Positions 30,253 through 42,184 of a DNA stretch of 64,000 bases are shown one piece after another. A program made the position numbers and the translations under genes. Position 1 is the stretch's first letter; each line of letters opens with the position of its first letter. This DNA comes from Synechococcus sp. (GTDB taxonomy: Bacteria > Cyanobacteriota > Cyanobacteriia > PCC-6307 > Cyanobiaceae): positions 64,136 through 128,135 of the forward strand of contig JBJBDC010000001.1 of the NCBI GenBank assembly GCA_047285535.1, written 5' to 3'. The notes beneath the pieces are model-generated. The model was not told where the DNA came from. It searched no databases and was given only the letters and a program-made list of their open reading frames with translations.

Positions 30253-30341
30253 GATTGAAGTGGCAGTGGAGGTCTATCCCCCCGACCCACACATCCTCTC
30301 TCCGTTCAACGTCGTAGGTCATGATTTGAATCACCCAGAGC

Positions 30342-30357
30342 TGTGACGTTCGTCACA
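30342..30357. promoter_or_regulatory. Perfect CRP-type box TGTGA-N6-TCACA
   Basis: TGTGACGTTCGTCACA about 90 bp upstream of the CCRG-2 start; weaker CATGA-N6-TCACC at 30320-30335. Confidence 0.6.
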
Positions 30358-32026
30358 GGTGCTGCAATTTCTGCAAAAACTCCTCTCGTGATTGGGAGGT
30401 CACTCATTGAGTCCATGAACGGGTTCATGACTTGATTGGTTGGTCTAGCTAGTAGGCAACTCATTGATTGCCTCCCGCTTTAAAGTTTTTGCATCAGTTT
30501 TGAATCCATTGAAGACTCATCGATCGAGATGTTGATTGTGTTCAGTGCCTTCCATTGATGCAGCCAACAGGGATGGCCAATTATCTGGAGCAGTTTAAAA
30601 TCGCCGGAGAAAGTGAGAACTGCTGCTCATTCAGAAGATGATGAACAGAAAGTGATCATTGTGAGAAGTATCTACTGATGAAAAATTCTGATGGGAAACT
30701 GAATGCTGATGAATCAACGTAGGGGGAATCGTTGAGAGTGTGATGGCTCGATTTCTGGTTGGCTGAAAAGTCTTGATCGGAATTATATTAGTACTGAACA
30801 ACTTGGTGATAGCGAAGACTGCTCGTAAGGGTATGGCGTTAAAGTTGTTCCACTGTTGGAGCTTCATTGAGGAGAGGGCTATTTGGGGCAAGCGATAAAC
30901 CCATAAAGTATGACTCAATAGCCCAATTTGTGACTTCTTTATTGGCTGCGAGAGGATTTTTAAGTGAATAAGCTTTTTTTAAGCGTAAAATCTCATTCCA
31001 TTGATTTTTGGCTTCCTCTTTGCTGAAGGCCTCGCCGTACAAATTATGGTGAATCATCTTGATGCTTCCTTGAGTGTGCTTTTTTCAAGGCTTGTATGAA
31101 TGCCCGTTTGGTGGTCACTGCATTTCAAAGTTGTGTAGAGCATCGTGAATCGAAGGGTTAAAAGTCTTGGTTTGCCGTTTCAGATCAGACGTTGGCTCGA
31201 CTGATAAGAATGCGGCGAAATGCGTAGAAGCTGCTAGCTAGTAACAAGTCGTTAATTTATTTGAAGATTAAGATAGCAGGCTGTGAAGAATCGTAAATAG
31301 GTGTATTTGCTTATTGGCGCTGTCTGTGGTTATCCGCTGACGGGGGGGATGTTCTCCGTTTGCCAAGGGATGACGTTTTAAGGAGACCCAAATTAGAGAA
31401 GAGATTCGAAAACCCTGTTTAAGGACTAAGACAAAAAACGGGAGTAACTCTTTGATGGCTGGGGTGGGCATCGCTGAGGCCCTTGGGAGTTCGGGAAAGA
31501 CGTAATCACTTGCATGCCATACGACAATCGTCGTATTCGCGATCGTCAGCATTTTGGTGATGCCGTTGATGAATAGAAATGCATTCAGAATCAATCAAGC
31601 TTGTCACTCTTTTTCAGTGGAATTTGGTTTGGAGTTTCCTGAAAGCAAATCAGTGATGGCGGTTCGATTGGTTTTCTACCCTCGTGGAGTGTCTCTAGAA
31701 CTTATGCCTTCTCCAAAGACAAACCCATGACAGTGCTTGAGATCTCTTGGCAAGGGCTCTCAACTGATCCAATTAGATTATTGCTTTGGGATGCACAAAA
31801 GTTTGCAGGGAAACGAGCCTGAAGTCACTCAGGCAAATCGGTGGCAGTTCTTAGGGCCAAACAATGGATCACCTTCGGAGTGAATGGTCAGACTAGGCAA
31901 TAAATCGAAAAGTAAGGAATGGCTTCATCCTTGATGGGAGAGAGATTTAGTACTGCGAGAAAGCTAAAACCGATCACAAGCTATTCACATCTTTAAATGA
32001 AATTTATAGGCTGAGTCATCGTCCCA

Positions 32027-32800
32027 TTATGTCTTATTGAAGAGAGCTAATGCAGCCTCAGCTTGATCAGCATTGCTGGTGACCAGACCTGGAATAGCCG
32101 CGAAAAGCACTTTCCCTGCATCTTCATCTCTTTCTCCTGATAAACACGCAGTGACTAAGGCAGCAGCCTCCTGGGGGGCCATGGCCTTATGGAGAGGCAA
32201 CATGGTTTGGTCGACTAAACGTCGCAGCATGGGTGTTTCGACTGCACCCAGCGCTATGGAGAACGCTTTCACTCCAGTATCCACGGCTTCGACGTGAATC
32301 GCTCTGGTTAAACCATCGAGTGCAGATTTCGTGATTCCGTAAGCGCCGTTCCGAGGAAAGGGCCAGAGCACAGCAAGTGATGACAAGTTGATGATGCGAC
32401 CTTTAGCTTTGACTAATCCTGGCCATGCTTGCTGGATCAAGCGTATTGGTACACGCAGATTCGTCTCTAAAAGATAATCGAGATCAGTCTCTTCCCAATC
32501 TGGAAACATCTTTGGCATAACGACTCCTGCATTATTGACTAAGCCATCGAGTTTTCCCCCTTTACCGAGTACGGCATCGACAACAACGCGTAGGTCGTCA
32601 CGATTGGTTAAATCAGCGGTAACGATTTCTATTGAGCCCGCGGAGTTGCGGCAAATGGAGGCTGTCTCTTCGAGCAACGATTGCCGCCTTCCGCAGGTGA
32701 TAACGTGAGCCCCTGATTCAGATAGATCACGAACAATGGCACGGCCAATGCCGCTACCTCCGCCTGTAACCAGATAAGTTTTCTTCTCTGATTGATTCAT
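32027..32800 (-). CDS. Short-chain dehydrogenase/reductase
   Basis: TGGGSGIG, NNAG, YGITK (YxxxK). Confidence 0.92.
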   Translation of the reverse strand: MNQSEKKTYLVTGGGSGIGRAIVRDLSESGAHVITCGRRQSLLEETASICRNSAGSIEIVTADLTNRDDLRVVVDAVLGKGGKLDGLVNNAGVVMPKMFPDWEETDLDYLLETNLRVPIRLIQQAWPGLVKAKGRIINLSSLAVLWPFPRNGAYGITKSALDGLTRAIHVEAVDTGVKAFSIALGAVETPMLRRLVDQTMLPLHKAMAPQEAAALVTACLSGERDEDAGKVLFAAIPGLVTSNADQAEAALALFNKT

Positions 32801-33233
32801 GGTTGCTTAGATTCAACAGTCAAGGATTGCCTGTGTTGTTTGAGGGAATTCATTGAGCGTGGATACGTGAGCTGGGAGGCAATCAGACATCAGGTCGGTC
32901 AAAGAATGATGGAATGTCTTTGTGAGCATGTAGAGGCAGTCGTTGCAGAGATGCTTAGAAAGCAGCACAGGCTTAGCAAGGCTTTTGCGCAAAGGTTCTA
33001 GCTCATTCTGAGCTAACACCTGAAGGTTGGAAGCGAACGTTGTAGGTCTGCAAGATAGGACTTAACGAAAAACACACCTATTCCAAGCCAGAATGGGGTG
33101 CAAACAGTTATAAATTGTACATAAAAACAGAGCTGTAGTACATACAAGGATTGAATCCAGTGCTGAGCGGTGAGATCAGATCGATTCTTCTGTTCTTCTG
33201 TAATCGCTATGAGGCATGCGAATCAAGCAGAAA

Positions 33234-33656
33234 TCATGACAGAGGATTCCAATCGGGCGCCTCTGATACCTGCACCAACAGTAACTCCGATGGTGAATTA
33301 CCAATGGCCCAAGAGCGGTGTCCTTGATTGTTCCTTGTTCCCTGGTCGCCACCGAAACTAATATCGCCAGGTCCCATTTCCACAACCTTTCCGTCCATTG
33401 TTTCCACCCCCCAGCGCCCACGTAAGGGAATGATCCATTGAGGAGAAGGATTCTCATGCCACTCACCAACAACACCAGGCATTAAAATCGCAGTGACGAG
33501 TCGCGTGTCACCGGTTATGTGTTGCGCGTTCCATATCGCTGGAGTTCCCTTAGCGAATACAGACTGTTGGTGACCTTTGAGTGCATGAAGTGTTTGACAA
33601 CTGTCACCCCTTTTATCAACCCACACTCGCCAGTATTTGATAATTGGTGGATTCAT
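33234..33656 (-). CDS. Cupin-domain protein
   Basis: GEWHENPSPQW...G.W.VETMDG...GPGD...GH. Confidence 0.8.
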   Translation of the reverse strand: MNPPIIKYWRVWVDKRGDSCQTLHALKGHQQSVFAKGTPAIWNAQHITGDTRLVTAILMPGVVGEWHENPSPQWIIPLRGRWGVETMDGKVVEMGPGDISFGGDQGTRNNQGHRSWAIGNSPSELLLVQVSEAPDWNPLS

Positions 33657-34060
33657 TTGGACATCGATTGTAAGTTGTGTTGATTATAATCTCTCTTTAT
33701 GTCTATGGAGATCTCTGTAGGCACAAGCAAAACTTGGTGAAACACGTTCTTTTTGGCAAGTATTAAAGATCTTCCAGTACGCCATAAGTGATGTTTGCGC
33801 GGTGATAAGTGCTAACGGTTTTTTCAGCTACCTCTAGACGTCAATTAAATACGTCGTGATCGACTCTCTCTCATCATTTGATTCATAAAAGTCTCAGAGA
33901 CTTAATGCATTCCTTGGCCTCTGAAGACCTATGGGGCTAAACCGAACCTCAACCGTACCTATATCTTTCTTGTTGAGGAAAACCCTCCCTGATTGTTGGG
34001 TTTGCCCTCTACCGTTGTTCCACTTATTCCAACAAGTATGTATCAACACGCATGATCAAA

Positions 34061-35926
34061 ATGACCAAAGTAGTTGGAATCGATCTAGGCACAACCAATA
34101 GCTGTGTCTCTGTGATTGAGGGTGGTATCCCAACGGTTATCGCTAATGCTGAGGGATTTCGAACAACCCCATCGGTTGTCGCCTACTCCAAAGGCAAAGA
34201 CCATTTGGTTGGACAGATTGCTAAACGCCAAGCGGTGATGAATCCGGAGAACACATTTGGATCCGTTAAACGCTTCATTGGACGTCGCTCCGATGAGATC
34301 ACCAATGAATCCAGGGATGTCCCCTACGCAGTTGAGTCAGAAGGAACCAAGGTCAAGCTCAAATCACCATTCATGGATAAGTCCTTCTCCCCAGAAGAAA
34401 TCAGTGCCAGTGTGCTGCGCAAGCTTGCTGATGACGCCTCCAAATATCTGGGTGAAACCGTGACGCAGGCCGTAGTGACTGTTCCTGCCTACTTCAACGA
34501 CTCTCAACGCCAGGCCACCAAAGATGCAGGGAAGATTGCGGGATTAGAAGTCCTGAGAATCATCAATGAACCCACTGCAGCAGCACTGGCTTATGGCTTG
34601 GACAAGAAAGATGCAGAGAAGATCCTTGTTTTTGACTTAGGAGGGGGAACCTTTGATGTCTCTGTCCTGGAGGTAGGCGATGGCGTCTTTGAAGTGATCA
34701 GCACTTGTGGTGATGATCATTTGGGTGGAGACAACTTTGACAAAGTCCTCGTTGACTACATGGCTGAGTCTTTCAAGAAGGATGAAGGTATCGATCTTAG
34801 ACATGACAGTCAGGCACTACAAAGACTCACAGAGGCAGCAGAGAAGATGAAGATCGAACTTTCATCCTCCACTCAGAGTGAGTTAAATCTGCCATTCATC
34901 ACTGCCACTGCGGATGGACCAAAACACCTAACCATGACGGTCACAAGAGGTCAATTTGAGGAGTTGTCTTCAGATTTGATCGACCGTTGTAAAAAGCCTA
35001 TTGATCAGGCTCTAAAGGATGCAAAACTCGCCATTTGCGATCTGAATGAAGTGGTGATGGTGGGAGGGAGTTCCCGCATTCCATCAGTACTAGAGCTGGT
35101 TAAGGCTGCGACAGGCAAAGAACCAAACCAAACCGTGAACCCTGATGAAGTAGTGGCGATTGGTGCTGCTATTCAGGGAGGTGTTCTATCGGGAGAGGTG
35201 AAAGACATTCTTCTCTTGGATGTCACTCCTCTATCTCTTGGAGTGGAGACGATGGGTAGTGTTGTGAATGTAATGGTTCCGAGAAATACAACCGTTCCCA
35301 CTCACAAAACGGAGATCTATTCCACGGCAATGGATGGACAAACCACAGTGGAAATTCATGTGCTGCAAGGTGAGCGCCAAATGGCCTCTGACAACAAGAG
35401 CCTGGGAACCTTCCGTCTGGATGGAATCACTCAAGCCCCTCGTGGTGTTCCTCAGGTCGAAGTGGCCTTTGACATCGATGCCAATGGCATCCTGAGTGTC
35501 ACCGCAAAGGACAAAGGATCAGGCAAGCAGCAAGCAATCACCATTACAGGGGCATCCACTTTGAGTGCGGAAGAAGTCGATCGGATGGTGAAAGATGCCG
35601 AGGCCAACGCTGACTCTGATCAGCTGAAGCGACAATCAATCGACACCAAGAATCAAGCTGAATCCATTCTTTATCAGGGTGAAAAACAACTTGCAGAACT
35701 TGGGGGAAAGGTTTCTCCTGAAGCTAAGACTAAAGTTGTGTTGGTTCTCAATGAACTCAAAGATGCCCTTCGCTCTGATGACACACAGATCATCAAGGAA
35801 AGAGTTGAAGCTGTCCAGTTGGCCCTTATGGAGATGGGCACCTCTGCATATCATCAGGAAGAATCCACCACCGATTCCCAGGATGATGATGTGATCGACG
35901 CTGAATTCGTTGACTCACCCAAGTGA
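34061..35926 (+). CDS. dnaK: Molecular chaperone DnaK (island copy)
   Basis: [44 protein letters not shown] tail. Confidence 0.97.
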   Translation: MTKVVGIDLGTTNSCVSVIEGGIPTVIANAEGFRTTPSVVAYSKGKDHLVGQIAKRQAVMNPENTFGSVKRFIGRRSDEITNESRDVPYAVESEGTKVKLKSPFMDKSFSPEEISASVLRKLADDASKYLGETVTQAVVTVPAYFNDSQRQATKDAGKIAGLEVLRIINEPTAAALAYGLDKKDAEKILVFDLGGGTFDVSVLEVGDGVFEVISTCGDDHLGGDNFDKVLVDYMAESFKKDEGIDLRHDSQALQRLTEAAEKMKIELSSSTQSELNLPFITATADGPKHLTMTVTRGQFEELSSDLIDRCKKPIDQALKDAKLAICDLNEVVMVGGSSRIPSVLELVKAATGKEPNQTVNPDEVVAIGAAIQGGVLSGEVKDILLLDVTPLSLGVETMGSVVNVMVPRNTTVPTHKTEIYSTAMDGQTTVEIHVLQGERQMASDNKSLGTFRLDGITQAPRGVPQVEVAFDIDANGILSVTAKDKGSGKQQAITITGASTLSAEEVDRMVKDAEANADSDQLKRQSIDTKNQAESILYQGEKQLAELGGKVSPEAKTKVVLVLNELKDALRSDDTQIIKERVEAVQLALMEMGTSAYHQEESTTDSQDDDVIDAEFVDSPK

Positions 35927-35958
35927 TAAACGAATTTGAAACATCTCACGAGGACTTG

Positions 35959-35984
35959 GGGAAGGATCTCTTGGAGACCTTCCC
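35959..35984 (+). terminator. Hairpin after dnaK, probable terminator
   Basis: GGGAAGG-ATCTC-TTG-GAGA-CCTTCCC then TATTT. Confidence 0.5.
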
Positions 35985-36544
35985 TATTTCTTGGACTTTC
36001 CCTGGAGAGCAGAGTCAAGATCTCACTCGACTAGTCGATGAACCAGAGTTTCAGCCACTGCATTTCGCCCTGCATTCCCAACGACAAGACTGAATATAGA
36101 TGACTTCGTACGCAACTTCTCTTTCCCCTATAGTATGAATCTGTACCATGAGATTTAGACTTTTCAGAGTTGTCGTTTAACGGATAGATCCTTCAAGCCT
36201 TCTGAACATCTTACTGGTACTAAGATTGAGAATATGCATGCTCTTATCGACAATTATTTGGATAAAGGTGTTAGCCCTATCAGTAAAGGCTCTTCGTTAT
36301 TGCACAGACATGGAGCACCAAGAGGTGAACTAAATGTTCTTGAATGTTCAAATTTGGCGCAGTGGTGCCATCTCCTCATGGCTTTGGCTCGCTGGATTGG
36401 CTCGACAGATCTTTAATGGTGGCATGAAATAGCGTGTAAATAAACTGGCTATGTGATAATTAATGAAAATTGATAGCATTCAAATGCATTAATTTAGGCA
36501 CCATTCGTTTGAGCAAGTCTATCTTTTCGACTGAGATTATGTAG

Positions 36545-36718
36545 CTACTTTCTCCCGGGAGATTTCTGCTCGATCCTCCAGAACATGTCAGCCTGTTGAA
36601 CGCGTATCGTCGCACCCTCGAGTTGAGAATTCGCAATCATTGGAACTGTCATGATCGAGATTGCCAGCAGTGTGATCGATGCGGGCATCGCCAGCTTGAT
36701 CCAGTCGGTTTTCGTCAT
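36545..36718 (-). CDS. Small membrane/secreted protein (57 aa, not in ORF track)
   Basis: MTKTDWIKLAMPASITLLAISIMTVPMIANSQLEGATIRVQQADMFWRIEQKSPGRK*. Confidence 0.5.
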   Translation of the reverse strand: MTKTDWIKLAMPASITLLAISIMTVPMIANSQLEGATIRVQQADMFWRIEQKSPGRK

Positions 36719-37551
36719 CTATGTTAAGGGGTGATTAAGGAGTGATCTCCTTCTTCTCTAGCAACGGGGCACTCTCTTGAAAAGCATGGTGAGTCAGTGA
36801 TTTGCATCCTCATTTGGAACTGGCTGAATTTCTCACCACTCAAGCTATTTCTGTGGAGGAATATGATGGCGTTATTGAAGAGTCAGTATCTTATGAAAAA
36901 GATTTAAATGTTTTCATATTTTACGCCGATGAAGTGAATGAAGGGGCAATTTTTTGCCAATTCGAGCTTTCGTAATCGTTTTCAGTCTCTCCTCCTGGGA
37001 GGGAAGAGCTTGTCATGTCTCCTCTCTCTTGATTGCTTAATCTTCCAAGTAGTATTGAAGTCCTTTGTTCTACTACTGCAGAGGAAAAACTATGTACAGA
37101 AGTTTCTTCTACTTGTATCAATTCTAGAGACTATGATACACGTCAAACGCTTAGAACGTTGACCTGTGATTACATCAAGAACTAAGAGACTCACTTAGAG
37201 AGTTCAGGCGAAGTGATATTCTTTCTTTCGCGGATTAAAAAGAGATCATAGGCTTTGCTTGCTCGACTCATGCTTCACGATAGTCTGATGAAATGCTTGG
37301 CCTGACTCTTTTTGGCATTACTCATTGATTCTATCAAATTGATTTCTATTCCCATTCAGAATCAAGTGATGCTAAATGAATTAAGGCTTATGTTAGTTGT
37401 CAGAATTTAGAGGTCTAGAAAATGGTTTCTTTAATGAAGAGTCTGAGTGAATGAATATCTAGCATGGAAGACTCATATAACCTGAGAGCTTCGTGATTTC
37501 AAGATCAGGATGATATCCCTTGCCTCCAGACCAATCCCGTGGTCATCGTAT

Positions 37552-37878
37552 TCATGATTCAGCTTGATAAGCAGTTTGAGGCCATAGCCTGTTGATTTCG
37601 TCGGCCTGGAGCTTGGCATTGAAATATTCCCACGTAATGTCGTTCACATCTGTTTCGGTATTGAAGTTGCTAGCTGCACTGTCTTCCCATCCAAGGTGTC
37701 TCAATTCGCCTGTTCGGCATCTGGAATCCTGCCGGATGGAGAGATTGATTGTGTCTGTGCGCCAAAGTGCATACTCATTCGCTACAACTACGCAGGGCTC
37801 TACTCCAAGTCGCTGGCTGTAATCACAGATTGAGTCACTGATACGTTTTGTTGACAAGGCGATATGAAATTTCTTCAC
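37552..37878 (-). CDS. VOC/glyoxalase-like hypothetical protein
   Basis: KFHIAL...YSQRLGVEP...YALW...LRHLGW pattern. Confidence 0.55.
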   Translation of the reverse strand: MKKFHIALSTKRISDSICDYSQRLGVEPCVVVANEYALWRTDTINLSIRQDSRCRTGELRHLGWEDSAASNFNTETDVNDITWEYFNAKLQADEINRLWPQTAYQAES

Positions 37879-38476
37879 TCCGCGTGTCCTTTCTTGAGTT
37901 GAGCTTAAGCAGCGTAGATGGTTCAGAGCTATCTTGTTGAAGAAGCCCCAAATCTCGTACTTCAACTCAAGCGTTGTTCAATCACGTCGTTGTGTTTTTA
38001 TAAAGAACAAAGAGAACACTTGAAATCCATTGGTTCTGGCTTGTAGGTGAGCGATTAATCATATTTCGATAGCGCTCATTGCAGACAATGAGGTTGGAAT
38101 GTTAGTCCCATTCAGCTTCTCTCCATGAGCTTCCCTCTATATAATGTAGTTGAATGGTCATCCTGCTGGAGCTGCTTTGTATTTTTCTTGATATCTATAG
38201 CTTAGGCATCTAGTCTGGCTCTAATTATTCAAAATCACAGTAGTATTGATCATCAAAGTTACATTTATTGGAAGAGCTTGTTCTGTCAGAGCAGTCTGTC
38301 TTCCTCGTCGCTGAATTGTGTTATCAGCTGTATTCCCTGAGGAAGAAGATTTAGTCTATGCTCCCTATCTTCTCACTCAGTATGCAAGGATTGAGCCAAC
38401 CATGCCCTGCACTTCTGGCCATAAATATTGGTGCTTCGAAATTGATATCTGATTCCTTTGAGTTGTCTCTAATCAA

Positions 38477-38707
38477 TCATTGCTCTTTGTATGCGAAGCC
38501 GTGAATGATAAAGAGCTCAATTAACCAAGTAGGCTCTTGGCCTGTTAGACAAAATTCATTTCCTTCTCCGTAGATCTTTGCGATAGTTTCAATGTTGTCT
38601 TCAATGTGAACTTTGAACCTTTCTGCTTCCATGAATATAGGTCCTAAAGAGCCGTCATTCATGGCATCCATGAATATTGAACATTCATCTCTGGTGTTTT
38701 TCGTCAT
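38477..38707 (-). CDS. Small hypothetical protein
   Basis: 76-aa ATG-start ORF with protein-like composition. Confidence 0.45.
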   Translation of the reverse strand: MTKNTRDECSIFMDAMNDGSLGPIFMEAERFKVHIEDNIETIAKIYGEGNEFCLTGQEPTWLIELFIIHGFAYKEQ

Positions 38708-39309
38708 GAGTTTAACGAAACGACAATGTAATGCCGTCTAAGTATAGAATCCTTATAGTGAGCATCATGCCCATTTGCGTATAGATGGAGTCTATTTACA
38801 AGTTGGTTTCACCTAAAAACATTAAGTTGTTGTTAGAGCAGTTTTATCAAAGTAGACAGTGTTTCGTCCGTTGAGTTCATGAGTTTCGCATCTTTAAAAA
38901 GGGATGGGGCCTGTTTAGATCAAGGATGACTTTACTTGTTGAGAATCACGCCATCGGAAGTTGAATTTTTCCGTTCCTATCCCTTACAGCGTAGTCGATG
39001 TGCTGGAGATGATTTGCTTGTAAACAACCAACGCTCTAATGTCTTGTCTATTCGCATAAGCTATCTGGTGAGGACTCTCGATGGTGATGCTGTGTTCAGC
39101 ATCATGGATTCTCAACTCTTGCCTCGTTCATACGTTTGCTTTGCTCATAGTCCGTAAGGATATTCAGGATAATCCCAAAACTGACTCGAAAAAATATAAA
39201 TTCTTTGATGATTTGGCTAGCATCGCTAAGCAAGTATGTGTTGATTAATAGTGATTTTTTGAATGGCTGGGTTTGCTCTCAGTCTTTGCAGGATTTCAGT
39301 GTGTTGGTT

Positions 39310-39558
39310 ATGGCGCCAATAATAAAACTTGTTGTAAAGGCGTTCCCATGTTTTGCTCTCGTCAGCAGAGATAGTGAAGGTCACGGCAATGTTTATGCGA
39401 AAGAGCCCCGTATGGAATTGGCAGCACCAGATGCGGGATGGGTGTTCCACGAGCGTGCCGAACAGCTCAATGGTCGCCTTGCAATGATTGGATTCGTCGC
39501 TGCGATAGCCACGGAACTGATCAGTGGCGAAGGCTTGCTACACGCCATTGGGCTTTAA
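39310..39558 (+). CDS. hli: High-light-inducible protein (HLIP)
   Basis: NVYAKEPRM...AEQLNGRLAMIGFVAA...ISGEGLL; start uncertain. Confidence 0.9.
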   Translation: MAPIIKLVVKAFPCFALVSRDSEGHGNVYAKEPRMELAAPDAGWVFHERAEQLNGRLAMIGFVAAIATELISGEGLLHAIGL

Positions 39559-39639
39559 TTCGTCAAAGCCGGTGTCTGCAGCCCACTGAGGCTGATGTGT
39601 CCTCCAGGGAGATGGACCTAAAGAGCAATGATGTTGGCC

Positions 39640-39664
39640 AGCCCCGCAATGAGCGGGGCTTTTT
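39640..39664 (+). terminator. Intrinsic terminator after hli
   Basis: AGCCCCGC-AATGA-GCGGGGCT-TTTT. Confidence 0.8.
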
Positions 39665-39721
39665 GTTGATGGTTTGTGTCTGCTGACCTTTGGGCTTTTT
39701 GGTGGTCGTTCCTACAAATAA

Positions 39722-39811
39722 GTTCCTAGGGATACATAACACTCAATGTGTTCCTGGGAACGGGAATGCGTCGTCATGAGGAGGGTTGCGGGAAGCCTTC
39801 CTCTTTTTTTT
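39722..39811 (+). ncRNA. Candidate small RNA (5' hairpin plus terminator)
   Basis: 16-bp stem GTTCCTAGGGATACAT/ATGTGTTCCTGGGAAC with 3 G-U pairs, then GAGGAGGGTT...AGCCTTCCTC-T8. Confidence 0.5.
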
Positions 39812-40759
39812 GGTTGCATTCATTCATGCTCCAGATGTGAAGCCTGGAAACAACTTGCTCTGATGGGGAGGGGGTGTGGAATCACCCCCTCTTTAATGTC
39901 GTCATGAGAGGTCTGGCTTCTGGTCTTGAGAATCGCAGGTGATGGATTGGTTGTCCTGTGATTGGACTGTGAAGAGTGCTGATCGAATGAGTTGAGGTTG
40001 CATCCATCGATGCGATTGAGCCTGTGGTGCGTCCTCCCCAGGATGTTGGTTTGCGGCTTACAGCACCAACGAAAAAGCGTTGGGCTGAAATTTTCTTGAT
40101 GGAGGTCTCCTCAATGCTTGTCCTGATTTCTTAGTCTGTAGGCTGCGCGAGAAGCTCAACCCTTTGTTTATTCCGGGATAGGGCAACGATCAAGGACTGA
40201 TCGTCACTGTCTCCGCCAATTATGTTGTTGTCTCGGCGTTGTTGTGGAGCGATTTCAGCAAGCCAAGTGACATCCATTTTGAACTAAACTCCATACTATA
40301 AGTATTGATTCCAGGCGGCATCCTTGCCTCTTCAACTGGTGCGATCGTCGAAACTGATCAATAAGTTGGCTTGCTTGAACTCGATGCAGGAAGCTTTTTT
40401 AGGATCTCTCACCATCTGTAAGAGGTGGGAGTCGTTCACAGCTCGTCAGATCATTATGTTTTCGCCGAAGGGCTGGTTTGTGTTGAAAAAAATCGACGTT
40501 CGCACTCCTGACGATTGAGCTTCAAACGGCATTGAATGCAATGAACATGGGTTGCATCGTTGCCTTGTGTGGGGTGATGGCTTTCTGTACCCAGACTCAT
40601 TTGATCACTGAGTCAAACTATGCCAATTCGTGAATTCTATCCCACGTTTTGTTGATCTGTTTTTTCATGCTCAATGGCCTTGGCTCCATGCCTTTGCCAT
40701 GAGGCCCGAGTCCTTGGCCGCCTGTACGTTTTAGTGCTTAGGATGTTTTGCTGATGCCT

Positions 40760-41860
40760 CTACTGGTCGATCCCAGCTGCGCTGATCAGACGTAGCTGCA
40801 CTGGCGGGATGAGCGCCTGAACCTGCAAAAACGCTGCTTCGCGCAATCGTCGATTGCTTGTGTGTTCTGACCGCATTGCTTCTCCAGCGTGACTGATCAA
40901 GGCGGCTTGGCAGCAGCGCTGAGCCAGGATAAGAGCTGCTGCCCGGAGGTCATAGTGCGTTGCCTCCGACAGAGTATTGGGGTTGTCGGTAGCGGCATAA
41001 CAGCGTGCTCGCAGATCTCTTGCTTCCTCTAAGAGTTGTCGGCCTACGTTGAGCCAGATCTCTCGATCACGGCGTGCTGCTTGTTGTTCAAGATCGGCTA
41101 GGGCTGCTCGGATCAGCCCGAAGGCAGCTGGATTCGCAAACCGGGTACGGGCCTGATCGGCTAGGCGCCATTCCTTGATTGGCGTCGTACTCATCAAAGC
41201 CCCCTCGTTGATGAGAAACCTCTCGAACATCGCTGGGCGACTCCATGTGCCATTCATCACCATCAGCTCCAAAGGTGGTTGGATGTGTAAACCCGGAGGG
41301 AACGATGAGCGCAGCTGTTTTGATAAAAGAAAGCCCAAAACCGGTGCGTCTGCCTCCTTCCCTGCCCTGATTTGCAAGGCCACAACGTCAGCCAGATCCC
41401 AGCCCGTGATCCAGTCCAGCTTGCCGTTCAGCTCCCAGCCATCGTTCACTGCTTGAGCGATGGGGTTGGCCTGGCCAGGCCTACGTAAATGCGCGAAGGC
41501 TGTGGCACCAACCGCCTTGCCGCACTCCATGAGATTCAGCCAACGATCTTTGAGGGTCGTGTTTTCTGAGCCCTGCAGCAGACGTAAGGGCGACTGGTGC
41601 TGCGCCCAACAAAACCACACTGCGACGTCAGCCATGGCTAGTCGTTCAGCCCGCTCACGCTGCAGAGGCACTGATGGTGCCAGTCCCAGCCAGCCAATGG
41701 CAGCCAATTGATCCATCACTGAGCGAGGTAATCCCTTGCGCTCATGCTGTTCTGCGTTTGCTGTAATCAAAGCCAGCAAGACTTCTGCCGCAGAGTCCGC
41801 CGCTATCCCTTCGTCGTAGGGCCCCAAGGGATCATGCATAGACATCAGCAGAAAGCCCAA
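40760..41860 (-). CDS. Acyl-CoA dehydrogenase-superfamily flavoprotein
   Basis: GWELNGKLDWITG, MNGTWS, RRLREAAF. Confidence 0.8.
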   Translation of the reverse strand: MGFLLMSMHDPLGPYDEGIAADSAAEVLLALITANAEQHERKGLPRSVMDQLAAIGWLGLAPSVPLQRERAERLAMADVAVWFCWAQHQSPLRLLQGSENTTLKDRWLNLMECGKAVGATAFAHLRRPGQANPIAQAVNDGWELNGKLDWITGWDLADVVALQIRAGKEADAPVLGFLLSKQLRSSFPPGLHIQPPLELMVMNGTWSRPAMFERFLINEGALMSTTPIKEWRLADQARTRFANPAAFGLIRAALADLEQQAARRDREIWLNVGRQLLEEARDLRARCYAATDNPNTLSEATHYDLRAAALILAQRCCQAALISHAGEAMRSEHTSNRRLREAAFLQVQALIPPVQLRLISAAGIDQ

Positions 41861-42184
41861 TGCCTCAAACTATGGTTTCGAGAGACCTATCGAGCCAAAG
41901 TAAGATCAGTTATTGGCTCGTTTGCAATTCAGCAATAGTGACCTCTCGACGGAATCGAGACATGAATCAGCTCTAAGAAAACTCACTTGTGTCTTCTCTG
42001 ATACGAATGAGGCTCTTAATGATTCAATAGAAGCAATGAGAACGTTCAGCGTTTTCATTGCAACGGTCTTGAATTGAATCAAAATGTCATCAACCAGTCG
42101 ACAGACTGAGTTCTCAGAACATGAATTGAATACCCGCCCCTGACTGTATATCCTTGAAAGAGCGTTAATCAATAATCTGAAATT

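Noticed and set aside
30400..31990. ORFs 30631-30918, 30839-31057 and 31268-31594
   Set aside because: Look like fragments or decayed sequence; no family assignable
33107..33150. NtcA or LexA sites
   Set aside because: Only mismatched matches (GTT-N8-TAC; AGTAC half site) in AT-rich DNA
33930..34015. K-box upstream of dnaK
   Set aside because: GTTCGG-like half sites exist, but spacing and second half do not fit the consensus
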